Shown one piece after another: positions 47,671 through 60,242 of a DNA stretch of 64,000 bases; the stretch's first letter is position 1; each line of letters opens with the position of its first letter. The translations under genes were made by a program, and so were the position numbers. The stretch lies in assembly GCF_001194135.2 (NCBI RefSeq), contig NC_068985.1, positions 118,498,792 to 118,562,791 of the forward strand. Reading direction: 5' to 3'. Under the pieces are notes generated by a model that had not been told where the DNA came from, made no database searches, and saw only the letters and a list, made by a program, of their open reading frames with translations. Source of the DNA: Octopus bimaculoides (taxonomy: Eukaryota).

Positions 47671-49339
47671 ATCATCATCACATGTCATCTATTTTCCATG
47701 CTGGCATAGATTGGACAGTTTGACAGGAGCTGGCCAACTGAAGAGCTGTTTAGGCTCCAATTGTCTGTTTTGGCATGGTTTCTATGGCTGGATGCCCTTC
47801 CTAACGCCAACTACTTTACAGAGTGTACTGGGCACTTTTATGCAGCACTGGTACAGGTGCTTTTTAAGCATTACATTTGACAGAGTAATCTGAATGCTAA
47901 AGGATTATAAGTTTAAATGTTAAACCAATATATTCATCTCTGCTAGCATTTATTTATCAGTGAATTCCCTCATAATCCAATGCTATTAAACCTAAATCAT
48001 TATCCTTTACTGATCCGCAAGATCGTAACTTTTATTCCTCCAGTTTCTGCAGATGCCCTACTATCATTGCCACTCATGTTTCAACTGCCATACAGCACCT
48101 CATTCGTTGCACCATATTGCTGCCTTGTGCTGACATGATCAATTGCTCTACAACCCACCAGTTGCTCTAATCAACTGTCTTACACTTAGTCTGTCTGTCT
48201 TACAACATCATGTTGCACATTTGACAGATCACCCCCCCCCCCCTGCCCTGTTATGATGTGTCACTGAAGTATCCATCCTCATTACATCTGCAAGTGAAAA
48301 CCAAGACAAAACACATACACACACACACACCAGCTGATGTAAAATGTTATTTATAAATCAAATGGTGGGGAAACAAAATGACTTCCTGGCTGTGGGAAAA
48401 AGGAATAATTTTAGAAAACTATCATGTAAAAATTACATTAGAGAAAGTATAGAATTTCCAATAGTCAGTAATATTTTTTTTTAAACAGCTCCTCAGATTC
48501 AGTATGCAATTGAAATACAGATATTTCCTTGACAGCCACCACCACCACCTCTCCTATCACACCATCCAAAAGGCAGTTGATTACTTAAGGACAACTGTCC
48601 TCAATCTTGGTATGTAATGTGGGCGGCATTTAGTCAATGTGACATCATGGTAGAGGGAGAATAACAGTTATTTAATAATCATAATAATTTCTAACATAGG
48701 CATGAGACCACAAATTTGGAGGTGGAAGAGCATTAATCAATTCAATCATCTTCCCAGTACTTGACTGGTATTTTATTTTTATCTGCCCTACACAGAGGGA
48801 AGGCAAGTTGGCCTTGGCATGATTTAAACTCAGAATTTAAAGAATCTAATGGATTATCACAAAGGCTGATGCTCTTATGATTCTACTAATCCACACTACC
48901 TTAAAATAATAGTTTCTGTTTTAGGCACAAGGCCAGCAATTTTAGTAAGTTGGTGCAAGTTGGTACCATTGAATATAGTACTTGACTGCTATTTCATATT
49001 ATCAGCCCCAAAAGTATGAAAGGCAAACTTTGGCAGGATTTGAATTCAGAATTTAAGGAGCCAGAACAAATAATGCCAGGCCCCTTTTTTTTTTTAATTA
49101 TTTGACACTTTAATGATGGCTCTTAATTGTTTCTGATACAGGGCACAAAGCTTGAGTAGTGCTTTCTTTGATTTGTCCTCACTTGTGTGTGCATATATAT
49201 ATNNNNNNNNNNNNNNNNNNNNNNNNNNNNNNNNNNNNNNNNNNNNNNNNNNNNNNNNNNNNNNNNNNNNNNNNNNNNNNNNNNNNNNNNNNNNNNNNNN
49301 NNAATAAATGCTTGTGCCCCCACCATTGCTTGACAACTG

Positions 49340-49939
49340 AAAACCAAGTTCCCCACCAAACTGTGATGGTCTTCAGATGTGTCTCTAGTGAGGATGATGT
49401 CATGCTTCCCCCATGTCTTTCAACAGGGCCTTAGGCTCAATCCAGATAGCTATGTTAACTGTTGGAGAATGTGGTCAAACCCTGGTTGGAGAAGGTGCTG
49501 TTGTAAGGTCATATGTGTCAGTAGGATTCAGCTCCTTACCATATCTTAAGAAAGAGTCAGAAATGGTTATTAGAGAATTTTTATGACTTCACCAGCCCCA
49601 ATTTCTGGCCTAAGTAATTCCCCTGATTGTAATCCTATGGATTACTAAGTGTGGGACACAGTTGAGAAAGAAAACCAAATATTCTGACTGTAACACCAAG
49701 GCCAAGCTTCAAAGTGGTGTTTGAATATCTTGCCAGAGACACAGTGAGGAATGCATGTGCCAGGTTCAGGAGCCGTCTTGAGGCTGTGGTAGAAGCTGAG
49801 TGTGACTACTTTAAGTAAACTATTATCTCCCAGCCATAATTCAGTTGTTTTTTGATTTTTTAAAATACTTATAATTTTGGATTGGATATGGTCTTTTTTT
49901 CCTTTTATGGAAACTGTCAGATTTCACCTGAACACCCTG
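49340..49939 (+). mobile_element. maT/DD37D-type mariner transposase relic with right TIR
   Basis: VMVF.CVSSE..VM, GLRLN...Y, VVKPWLEKV, QDSAP.H, SPDCNPMDY.VW and RFRSRLEAVVEAE. Ends cacctgaacaccctg. Confidence 0.8.
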
Positions 49940-50006
49940 CGTGTATATATATATATATATATGATCATGTTTGTATGTAAATATATGCACACACACACAC
50001 ATAAAA

Positions 50007-50349
50007 TTGATAGAGGAAATAGAAGATGGATTTAGTACAAATTTTTATTCAGCACAATAATCATTTCGATCCATCCTGAATCTGTCCCTTGGGGGCAGGA
50101 TATTGTGCATTTGGTTGTGTTGCATAATCAGAGCAGGCTGTATCACTTCAGATGCTTGGTGTAACAAAAAAAAAAAAATTCCACTAGATATACTGACTTT
50201 TTGGCATGTTGTTCTGGCTAGTTGTACATTGGTACACTGACAGTGTAGGGTAAGTTTGGGGCTGGGGTTGTACCACTGGTACAAAATCATAATTCTATTT
50301 GTACTGAATAAAGATTCGTACTAAATCCATCTTCCATTTCCTTTATCAA
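50007..50349. repeat. Inverted repeat with 51-bp arms (46/51 identical)
   Basis: Arm 50007-50057 versus the reverse complement of 50299-50349. Confidence 0.85.
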
Positions 50350-50489
50350 CTATAAACTCAACAAACACTGGATTTCCCAATGTAGATCCAGAGAAAATTA
50401 CATCATTACCATGCACAACATCAGGTAACCCAAATGGTGAATGTGCTTTAATTGACATACTAGTAGACGTATACCCAAAGCCCATGTAG

Positions 50490-50536
<47 letters not shown>

Positions 50537-50579
50537 CATACACACACACACATAAAATAGATGTATATGTTTGTATTTG

Positions 50580-50620
<41 letters not shown>

Positions 50621-51373
50621 TCTTAAGGTATATTCTGTTAGGAATGCAGCAGAGTACAGTATAGAGCTCATTCACTCTTAGAATTACCAAATAGCCAGTA
50701 GTATTGCGATATACTTCCAGGTCTAGATTTAGGCATTCGTCGTGTGTGAAAATAAATTTGAATAAGACAGCCAACAAAAAGGGGTGCGGTTGGACAGTTA
50801 TTTTTTAATCACTACAAATGTTTCCATACAATATAGTTCTTCATATATTCAGCTATTTTATTATGCAACCATTTACCTGTGTAATGGGATCCAGTTGTAT
50901 TTCCTCAAGCGGCATTCAGTTGCTGTCTCCATTAGTTTAAAAACCTTTGACTTCGATGCTAACACATCCATCTGCCTTGTTTGAATTTAGTAGATGCCGG
51001 CAGTTTCATTCCGCTTGCTGTTAATGTGCTTTTGCGTGCTTGCTACGAGTGGTATTGGATGTTTGTTTTGGCACTGTCTGATTTTTGATCTGTTCCTCAT
51101 GTTAGGCTGCACATGTGAAATTTTATTATCCAACCTTCAGTATTCGGTGGTTCAAAGACACACAAAGCCTTCCCCACATATATTCATGTTTGCGTGCACA
51201 TATGTACACACACATACACTCACACCTATACAATCAGTTGCATGTGTTTATATACATATATATATGTCTCTGGGAATCCCCATATATATATATATATATA
51301 TATATATACGTTGTTGTACTTGGGGATGGTCATATTGCCAGTTTAGCCAATAAATGCATATATACATACATAC

Positions 51374-51410
<37 letters not shown>

Positions 51411-51899
51411 NNNNNNNNNNNNNNNNNNNNNNNNNNNNNNNNNNNNNNNNNNNNNNNNNNNNNNNNNNNNNNNNNNNNNNNNNNNNNNNNNNNNNNNNNN
51501 NNNNNNNNNNNNNNNNNNNNNNNNNNNNNNNNNNNNNNNNNNNNNNNNNNNNNNNNNNNNNNNNNNNNNNNNNNNNNNNNNNNNNNNNNNNNNNNNNNNN
51601 NNNNNNNNNNNATATATATATATATATATATATACATACACACATATGCATACATATATACATACGCAAATCTACAAATACATTTATACACATACTTACA
51701 CACAGATACATTTATTTATATATATGTACATGGATATATTTTTGGGCACTTCAATATATATATATATACATATACATATGGGATGGGAAAGAGGGGAGGT
51801 GGGATGGAAAACCTGAATTATAATTATTATTTTTATACAGTGTGCCTTTTTGAAAATTGGTGCAGTGGTGGTACCTCGGAATTTTTGCATCATGTTTGT

Positions 51900-52120
51900 T
51901 TACAAGATTTTCATGACTCAGCAGTATTTATACTCAATGCTTCCTCAAGACAAAGGTCACATTTGCCTGATAGCGAATTACATGGGTGTGCATTTTTTAT
52001 ATTGCAACCATATCTTGTCATTCCGAAAGATAAACAGACGACAACGCAACTTCACTGGCAGACCTATTATGGAAACTGGAAGAATTGAAAATTAAATACA
52101 AAATGAAATGGTCAATAATA
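51900..52120 (+). mobile_element. Penelope-like GIY-YIG endonuclease C-terminal relic
   Basis: Frameshifted YCNHILSFRK / NATSLADLLWKLEELKIKYKMKWSII resembles the PLE motif Y.NH..SF...N.TSL...IW.LK...I.Y..KWSI (recalled, not searched). Confidence 0.5.
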
Positions 52121-52304
52121 AACACGTTATGTATTCAATGTGTTAATTGAGGTGGGAGGTGCTGAAAAGTGTTTGAAGTTACAAGATAATGCATGATTAA
52201 TTCAAAACAATGTGAATAAATAAGCGTAACATTTAACAAAGAAATCTGAATGCTGAAGGGTTAAAGCCCTGAACTTTTCAGCACCCCCATCATATACAGT
52301 AACA

Positions 52305-52857
52305 CTCTTTTACTCTTTTACTTGTTTCAGTCATTTGACTGTGGCCATGCTGGAGCACCGCCTTTAGTCGAGCAAATCGACCCCAGGACTTATTCTTTGT
52401 AAGCCTAGTACTTATTCCATCGGTCTCTTTTGCCGAACCGCTAAGTTACGGGGACGTAAACACACCAGTATCGGTTGTCAAGCGATATTGGGGGGACAAA
52501 CACACACACACACACACATACATATATACGACAGGCTTCTTTCAGTTTCTGTCTACCAANNNNNNNNNNGACCCCAGGACTTATTCTTTGTAAGCCTAGT
52601 ACTTATTCCATCGGTCTCTTTTGCCGAACCGCTAAGTTACGGGGACGTAAACACACCAGTATCGGTTGTCAAGCGATATTGGGGGGACAAACACACACAC
52701 ACACACACATACATATATACGACAGGCTTCTTTCAGTTTCTGTCTACCAAATCCACTCACAAGGCTTTGGTCGGCCCGAGGCTATAGTAGAAGACACTTG
52801 CCTAAGGTGCCATGCAGTGGGACTGAACCCGGCACCATGTAGTTCGTAAGCAAGCTT
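52305..52857 (-). mobile_element. Young SINE-A ending ~80 bp upstream of the tetraspanin exon; 181 bp duplicated across gap 52560-52569
   Basis: CpG-rich and nearly identical to 25209-25612. Confidence 0.85.
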
Positions 52858-52916
52858 GATAGTGTATTTATTATATGCTGTAATTGTTGTGTGTAGTAAT
52901 TGTTTCAAGTGTTCAA

Positions 52917-52934
52917 TTTCTTATTTATTTGCAG
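52917..52934 (+). promoter_or_regulatory. Splice acceptor of tetraspanin exon
   Basis: tttcttatttatttgcag| immediately precedes the homologous coding sequence. Confidence 0.85.
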
Positions 52935-53129
52935 CTGATTGGCGGTGCACTATGTGCCATTGGACTGTGGGCATGGACGGAAAAGGATATGTTCCACAAC
53001 ATTGGCAAGCTGACCAACGTTGCCCTTGACCCAGCCCTTCTGTTCATCATTGTTGGTGGGGTCATGTTCATTATTGGTTTCACAGTATGTATTGGAGCAC
53101 TCAGGGAAAACACTGTTTTGTTGTTGATT
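52935..53129 (+). CDS. Internal coding exon (195 nt, phase 0/0) of a TspanC8-subfamily tetraspanin (Tspan5/14/17/33-like): rest of TM1, small extracellular loop, TM2, start of TM3
   Basis: LIGGALCAIGLWAWTEKDMFHNIGKLTNVALDPALLFIIVGGVMFIIGFTVCIGALRENTVLLLI carries the diagnostic IGLWAW.EK, DP..LF.VGGVMFI.GF and CIGALRENT.LL motifs. Bounded by ag / gtaagt. Confidence 0.93.
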
Positions 53130-53135
53130 GTAAGT
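53130..53135 (+). promoter_or_regulatory. Splice donor of tetraspanin exon
   Basis: att|gtaagt consensus. Confidence 0.9.
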
Positions 53136-53784
53136 AAAAAAATATTAATTTCACTTGATTTATCCTCTTAAAACCTCCGTTTCATCTTCCCTTTCTCTCT
53201 TCTGCTCTTCTTTATCTCTTTGTTCATGTTATTTCTCATTTTTGACCTAGTTTCCCCTTACTCTTTTCTATTATTTTTCTTTCATCAGTTTTGTTTTTCT
53301 CTTTCTCTATTTTCCTTTAATTTACGTCCTTTTTATCTATCTGTCTTCCTTCTCTCTACATCATCTTTCATTATTGTCCTCATTATCATCACAATTTTGG
53401 TTATATTTCTATTTTTTCTCTCTGTCCATCTCTCTGCCTGTCTCTCTCTCTCTCTCTCTCCTTTTCTCTTTCCTTCCAGCTCTTGTTTTCTCTCCAATCA
53501 TTTTCTCACATCTTCTTTCTATCTAAATATACTTTCTACTTTGATAGATTTCCATAACTGAATTATTGATTTATCAGATGCACTGATATAAGTGTCAGTT
53601 CTTTTGTGATTGTACCTATCCATCATTGGGTGATCAGCTCTATATTGATTTCAGGGAATGAATTGATGGAAGTTGGAGTATTCATGCCCTTAAACCAATA
53701 GCATAAAGGGGAGCAAGTGAAAACTTGAAATTTGTCCACTAATTTACCATATGCATTTGGCCAACCACTATATCTATATAATCT

Positions 53785-53827
<43 letters not shown>

Positions 53828-54354
53828 CAAATTTACAGAAAACAAAAGATGAAGACAGGTGTAGGAATAACAAGCAACTATATTAGTTTAACATTCATGA
53901 AAAATGGAATAGCCTTTTATGTTTCAAGCCTATGTTCCTAACAGAAAGGATTAAGAGGGGGAAAAAGTCTTTGTAAAGTAGTTGGTGTTGGGAATGACAT
54001 CCAAAACCATGTATACTTGATGCTCTTTTTTTTCCCATGGTGGTAATTGTCTCTCAGTTTATTGAACAACAAACAGCCCAGACATGTTTGTATGGAGAAC
54101 TGGAAGCAAATGACATTATAATAAAGATCATGCAACATGTCAAGAAGCCCAGACATACTTTCATGGAGGCCTGTAAGCGAATGACACCATTAGTAAAATC
54201 ATTGTTTGAAATTTGGGAACAAACACGTACAGCTGAAGAAATAAAAGTTCACTCACTCACTCTCCCCCTCTCTCTCTTTATCACATTGGGCTTCTTTTAG
54301 TTTCTGTCTATCAAATCCACCTACAAGAAATTGGCTGGACTGCATCTATTGTAG

Positions 54355-54680
54355 ACGACGTGCTTGAAAAGACCCGTCAAGCTAAGTAATAGCGAAGTTG
54401 CCCTTGCATCCAGGCTCATCTCCTGCAACCCTCTTCAGTTGAGCATTCCTAATCTTGCAGACTTGTAGATGCTGGTGCCATGTAAAAAGCATCTGTACCA
54501 TTGCTGTGTAAATGCACTCAGTATAGTGGTTGGTGTTAGGAAAGACATCTAGCTGAAGAAATCATGCCAAAACAGATATGGAGTCTGAACAGCCCTTCAG
54601 CTGGTCAGTTCTTGTCAAGACATCGAACCCATGCCAACAGAGAAAACCGATGTTAAATAATGATGATGCTGATGATGATG
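54355..54680 (+). mobile_element. RTE last codons (LEKTRQAK*) + 3'UTR
   Basis: cttgaaaagacccgtcaagctaagtaa...gttaaataatgatgatg. Confidence 0.7.
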
Positions 54681-55387
54681 ATGACTTTCCTAAGGTGTCA
54701 CACAGTGGGACTGAACCCAAAGTCATTTGGTTGGGAAGTGAGTTGCCTAACCTCACAGTCATACCTGCACATGCAGCAAAAATAATTGTAAAATTGTTCT
54801 TCAGACTCTAAGGTCTGTAATGAGATGCCAAAAGCTTCTGCTTATAAGAATGCTGTTTGGTTGTGAATTGAAGGTGCTGGACTGCTGACCTTATGGTTGT
54901 AAGTTCAAGTAATTGCTACAGATGTACTATCCCAAGCAAAGCATATAACTTTGGTTGCTCCTGTTTGTTTGATTGACAAAGGGATGGATTCCAATCCTAT
55001 TTCATGGTTGAGTCGTTAGCAGTAAGATATATCTGGGATCACTCTCTAAAGACACTTGCTCCTAATAAAAACTATCCCAGCAATGCAAGGAAAAAATTGG
55101 ATTTGAAAGAGTAATTAAAGATAAAAAGAGGGATTTGTTCTTACATATTATCAATTTTTCATTGCTCTCTACTGCAGTCAATGCCAAAACTTCCAGATAT
55201 CTCAAAACTGACAGAAGAGCAAGCAAGGTGCTTTATGCAGTTCTTACACAACTAAATTCTTCATTATCTAGTAAGAAGACTTGAAAATACTCAATTTAAG
55301 TAACTAAAACTTATTCTCACTCTCTTTAAACAGAGGCTAGGATCTCTTGGACAGTAGTAGCAAACACCACTTTAGTCTGCTTCTCTT

Positions 55388-55692
55388 GTGAAGGTGCATG
55401 GATCAGTGGTTTGACCATTGGGCTTACAATTGTGAGGTAGTGAGTACGATTCCTGGACTGGACTGTGTTGTGTTCTTGAGCAAGACACTTTATTTCACAT
55501 TGTTCCAGTTGACTTAGTTGAAGAAATGAGTTGCGATCTCACTGGTACTAAGCTGTATCGGCTTTTGCTTTTCCTTTGGACAACATTAGTGGCTTGTAGA
55601 GGGGAGACTGGTATGCATAGGTGAATGCTGGTCTTCCACAAACAACTCTACCCAAACTTCAGCCTTGGGGAGGAACTTTTTAAGTGCAATCC
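55388..55692 (+). mobile_element. SINE-B
   Basis: Colinear with 44514-44914. Confidence 0.75.
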
Positions 55693-56126
55693 CTAAAAAT
55701 ATGGAATGCTCTTGATAAAGAGACCTGATCAAAAACTGAGATTTGATCCAAACTGATGCTTCAAATACCTGCTCATCTAGTGCTAAAGCTAAGAAACTGG
55801 GGTTTTTAAATACTAAGATGGAGGGCTGCACCTGTGAATTTTGTAGGCCATTGAAGGTTCTTGTAGATGTTATAACTATCTGGAGCCAGAAGGTCATAGT
55901 AATTGATATTTAATTATCTTGAGCACATATGTAACACAGTGCTGGTGCATATCCTTGTACAAACTACTCACCTCTCAGTTGTTTGTCCAGCACCTATCCA
56001 TGTGGTCATTTGATCTCTCCAGTGTTAATAGCAGGATTTGTTTGAATTGCTGAATTTTGGGAGATTTTTAGAGTTATCTAAAATATTGAGTTTATGAAGT
56101 CCTTATCTTTCATTCATCTTTGTTCT

Positions 56127-56446
56127 AGGTACAGCTCTGTGGTTAAGTAGCTCGTTTTGCAATCAGGTAGTTTCAAGTTCAGTCCCATGACATGGCACCT
56201 TGGACGAGTGTCTCCTATTATAGCCATAAGGCCGACTAATGCCTTGTGAGTGAATTTAGTAGATAGAAACTGTGTGGAAGCCTGTATGTAGATATCATAC
56301 ACATGAGTATGTGCATGGTTGCATTTGTTCCTCTCCACCTCTTGACAACTGGTGTTGGTTTGTTTATGTCTTTGTAACTTAGTTGTTCAGCCAAAGAGAC
56401 CAATAGAATAAGTGCCAGACTTAAAAAAAAAAAATAAAAAAAAAAA
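56127..56446 (+). mobile_element. SINE-A ending in poly(A) at a gap
   Basis: Head, then cttgacaactggtgttgg..aaagagaccaatagaataagt. Confidence 0.7.
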
Positions 56447-56854
56447 NNNNNNNNNNNNNNNNNNNNNNNNNNNNNNNNNNNNNNNNNNNNNNNNNNNNNN
56501 NNNNNNNNNNNNNNNNNNNNNNNNNNNNNNNNNNNNNNNNNNNNNNNNNNNNNNNNNNNNNNNNNNNNNNNNNNNNNNNNNNNNNNNNNNNNNNNNNNNN
56601 NNNNNNNNNNNNNNNNNNNNNNNNNNNNNNNNNNNNNNNNNNNNNNNNNNNNNNNNNNNNNNNNNNNNNNNNNNNNNNNNNNNNNNNNNNNNNNNNNNNN
56701 NNNNNNNNNNNNNNNNNAAAAAAAACAAAAAGTAGAAATAGATATGAAAAAAAAAAATCACATAAAAAAATCCTGAGCAAACTGCAATTTGCTATTTCTA
56801 TGATGGCTGGTACTTTACAATGTGATTATTCTGACTGGGTTTGTTTGAAACATT

Positions 56855-56895
<41 letters not shown>

Positions 56896-57689
56896 GTTGG
56901 TTTCTTTATGTTTGTGTCTGCTTGTATGTATGTATGTGTGTGTGTTTTTCCTCTATGTCTGCTTGTTTGTGAATGCAAGAAGGAAAAATGCATTTCCCTC
57001 TCAGCCAACCTTCATTGCAAAGAATGAAGGTAGATATAAAAAGATTTATCCTCTTGTAAGAAATTTGTGTGTGTGTGTGTGTGTGTGTGTGTACATGCAT
57101 GCATGCACACACATACAACTAACCCACACATATTTCTGAAGATCCTGATGACAAGAAAATGATAATTATAGCTGTGATGATGGTGGAGGTGATGGCAGCA
57201 GTGGCAGTAGCAGCATATGTAGCCGTCATCGCCATTATGGTCATCAGACACAAACATTATTATGAACATCTCTATCAGCTTCCTCATACTTTTACATATG
57301 TCTCCTCACACACACACTGAGGAGATGAAATCCCATAAAAAATTAATTGACCAACAAAAAAAATAAAATCCTCTTGGGTGTTAACATAGGCTAACAAAAC
57401 AATAATGTTATTATGTTATGTATTGACCTTATTGTTGTTAGGTGGTGCTTATAGTTTTGGCTGATAATAGCAATATTTCTAGTGTGAGTTCAAATTCTGC
57501 TAAGTTTGACTTAGACTTTCATCCCTTTTGGGGTCGATAAAATCAGCACCATTTGAGCACTGGGGTTGATGTAATTGACTTAACCTCTTCCCTGAATTTG
57601 TTGGCTCTCTGCCAAAATTTGAAACCAGTATTTTTAGTGGTTTGTCTGTGCGTGTTGCAGTGTTGAAGTAGAGATAGTAGCAGTGTTAA

Positions 57690-58210
57690 CCCTTTAACAT
57701 TCAGTTTACACTGTCAAATGCAATGCTTATTTATTCATATATCGTTTTGAATTAATCATGCATAATCTTGTAGCTTCAAGATTTCGAAAATGTGGTTGTA
57801 TATTTTTAGAATGACATTTTAGGGTCAGTATGAGAGGCCAGATCTGGCCACTTTGAACATAAATCAAATAGAATATTTTGGCCAGATATGGCTGGTTTAA
57901 ATGCTAGAGGTTTAACCCACTAAAATTCAGATTACTCTGTTAAATGTGATGCTTATTTATTCACATTGTTTTATAATTAAACACTCACATCATTCAATTA
58001 AACAATAAACAATCATTGAAATCTCTAAACTACAAGATAATGCATGATTAATTTAAAACAATATAGATAAACAAACATTACATTTGACAGAATAATATGA
58101 ATACTAAAGGGTTGAATAATAGAAAGTCTGGGCTCTGGCAAGGGTGTATAAGAAGTTTGATTAAAACCCCAAACCTTGTCATTGAAATGGCTGGATTAAA
58201 TGCTAATGGG
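57690..58210. mobile_element. Two adjacent piggyBac-like MITEs sharing a TTAA (57690-57911, 57916-58210)
   Basis: TTAA|ccctttaacattcag...gctagaggt|TTAA|cccactaaaattcag...gctaatggg|TTAA. Confidence 0.7.
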
Positions 58211-58517
58211 TTAAGGGAGTAAGTTTGTGATGTTAGGTTTATTGTTGTAGATAGATGACAGTAGAGGGACTTGGACAAGCGTCTTCTACTATAGTTTCAA
58301 GTTGAACAATATTGGCAGACAGAATATACATGGAAACGTATTGTATGTGTTTGTGAGTGAGTGTGTGTGTGAATATTTTCTTTTCATCTCTTATGACAGC
58401 GTAGACCTTGAAAAAAATACAAAAAAGAGGCAAAATCAGTTGAAATTCCCAGTCAAAAAACTGCCCCCTAGCTTTGCATTTTTGAGGGCAAGTGGAATAA
58501 ACGAAACATTCTTTACT

Positions 58518-58892
58518 AGGCACAGGCATGACTGTGTGGTATCGACCACATGCTTCCAGATTCAGTCCCACGGGGTGGCACCTTGGGCAAGTATTTTCTA
58601 TTATAGCCTTGGGCCAACCGAAGCCTTGAGTGGATTTGGTAGATGAAAACTAAAAGAAGCCCATTGCATTTATACATGTGTGTCTTTGTATCTGTGTTTA
58701 TCCTCCACCACTACTTGACAACCAATTGTGGTGTGTTTACATGCCTGTAACTTAGAAGTATGGCAAAAGAGACCAATAGAATAATTACCAGGCTAAGAAG
58801 AAAATAGTTACTGGGGTCAGTTCATTCGACTAAAACAAATTGTTCAAGGTGGTGCCTCAGCATGGTTGCAGTCTAATGACCGAAGTAAAAGA
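58518..58892 (+). mobile_element. SINE-A full-length, decayed
   Basis: Head and tail motifs. Confidence 0.75.
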
Positions 58893-59791
58893 CAGCTAAG
58901 GGTTAGTGACAGGAAGAACATCCTGTTGTAGAATGCATTTTTGACCAACCCATGCTATCATGTAAAACAGACATAAAACAAAAACAAATGAGCAGTGGTA
59001 TTGGTGGTGGTAGTAGTAGTGGTAGTGGTGGTGGTGGTGGTGATAGACCTTAAAGATGTCCTTAAGTAGTTTTTCTGCTTCAGAAGAAGAAAAAAATACA
59101 TAATTTTGCTTGAAAACCTTTTCATGACCATAATACTAAAAGAAAAAAAAAGTCATCTCTTTGTTTCGTTTATTTTGAAAATGATCAAGAATTTTAGAAG
59201 GGTTTGGGTAAATAACTAACTTTCCCATTATTAATCTGGGGGTTCAGAACATAAAAGAGCTTTGTGTATAACTATGAAGAGTCCAAATTTCAATATAATT
59301 TTAGAATGAAAGGTTTTGTATCATGGAATTGCTGGTTCATCTTAGATGAGTTTGCTAATCAAAAGATTTAAAATTTATTTTTTTATTGATTATGCGATGG
59401 CAGCGGTTGAATGACTATTTTACTAAAAGTTATGAGGATTATGACAATAATGAATGTCTTGTCTCTACTATGAATTTTTTGTTATTCATGCATAAATTAA
59501 GTCTCGCTTTTCTCTACCGAATAGACCTGATCAATAACTTAAGTTAATAACGAGACTTATTTTAAAGTTACTTCAATGTTCACAGATCTTATTTAATGGT
59601 ATTTGCCATCTTTTTGTCTCTTTGTTTTATCTTGGCATTAAAAGAGAGAGAGAAAAAAGAAAGAGAAAACACTCAAGAAAAGAAAAAGAAAACAGAGACA
59701 AAGATGTCTTTATTTTCCATTCCTTATTTTACCAAGCTTCCGTTATGCTATTTAAAAAAGGAGAAAAAAAACTTGTTTCATATATATATGT

Positions 59792-59837
<46 letters not shown>

Positions 59838-59953
59838 CTTCATTTTCTCTTTCATTATCATCTTGATCATATAGATCAGCTGGTGTGAATATTCCATCAG
59901 CACCAAAGACTGAATCATTCCATAGTCCTTTGTGCTTTTTCTTGTGATAGATT

Positions 59954-59996
<43 letters not shown>

Positions 59997-60171
59997 GTCT
60001 GTGTGTACATATGCTTCAGTGTTAAGAAGTAATTGTGTTGTTAATATGCGCATAATTAGTGCAAGTTCATTGGTACTTTGGGGAACTCCATTGAGAGAAT
60101 ATTGACATCTTTGTTAGAATATTTGTGTCAACATTGCACACTGTCTTATACAATCTAGTATTTGTATATGA

Positions 60172-60242
<71 letters not shown>

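Larger units (their letters stand above)
6723..56717. other. Twelve assembly gaps: 6723-6732, 9727-10108, 12261-12297, 14481-14565, 19316-19422, 20413-20888, 27410-27789, 34997-35139, 49203-49302, 51411-51611, 52560-52569, 56447-56717
   Basis: Runs of n, mostly bordered by microsatellites. Confidence 0.98.

Noticed and set aside
52379-52750. Exact 181-bp tandem duplication within SINE-A
   Set aside because: The copies abut a 10-N gap, which is a typical unmerged contig overlap.
54037-54300. 87-aa ORF downstream of the tetraspanin exon
   Set aside because: No tetraspanin TM3/EC2 motifs and no family recognised.
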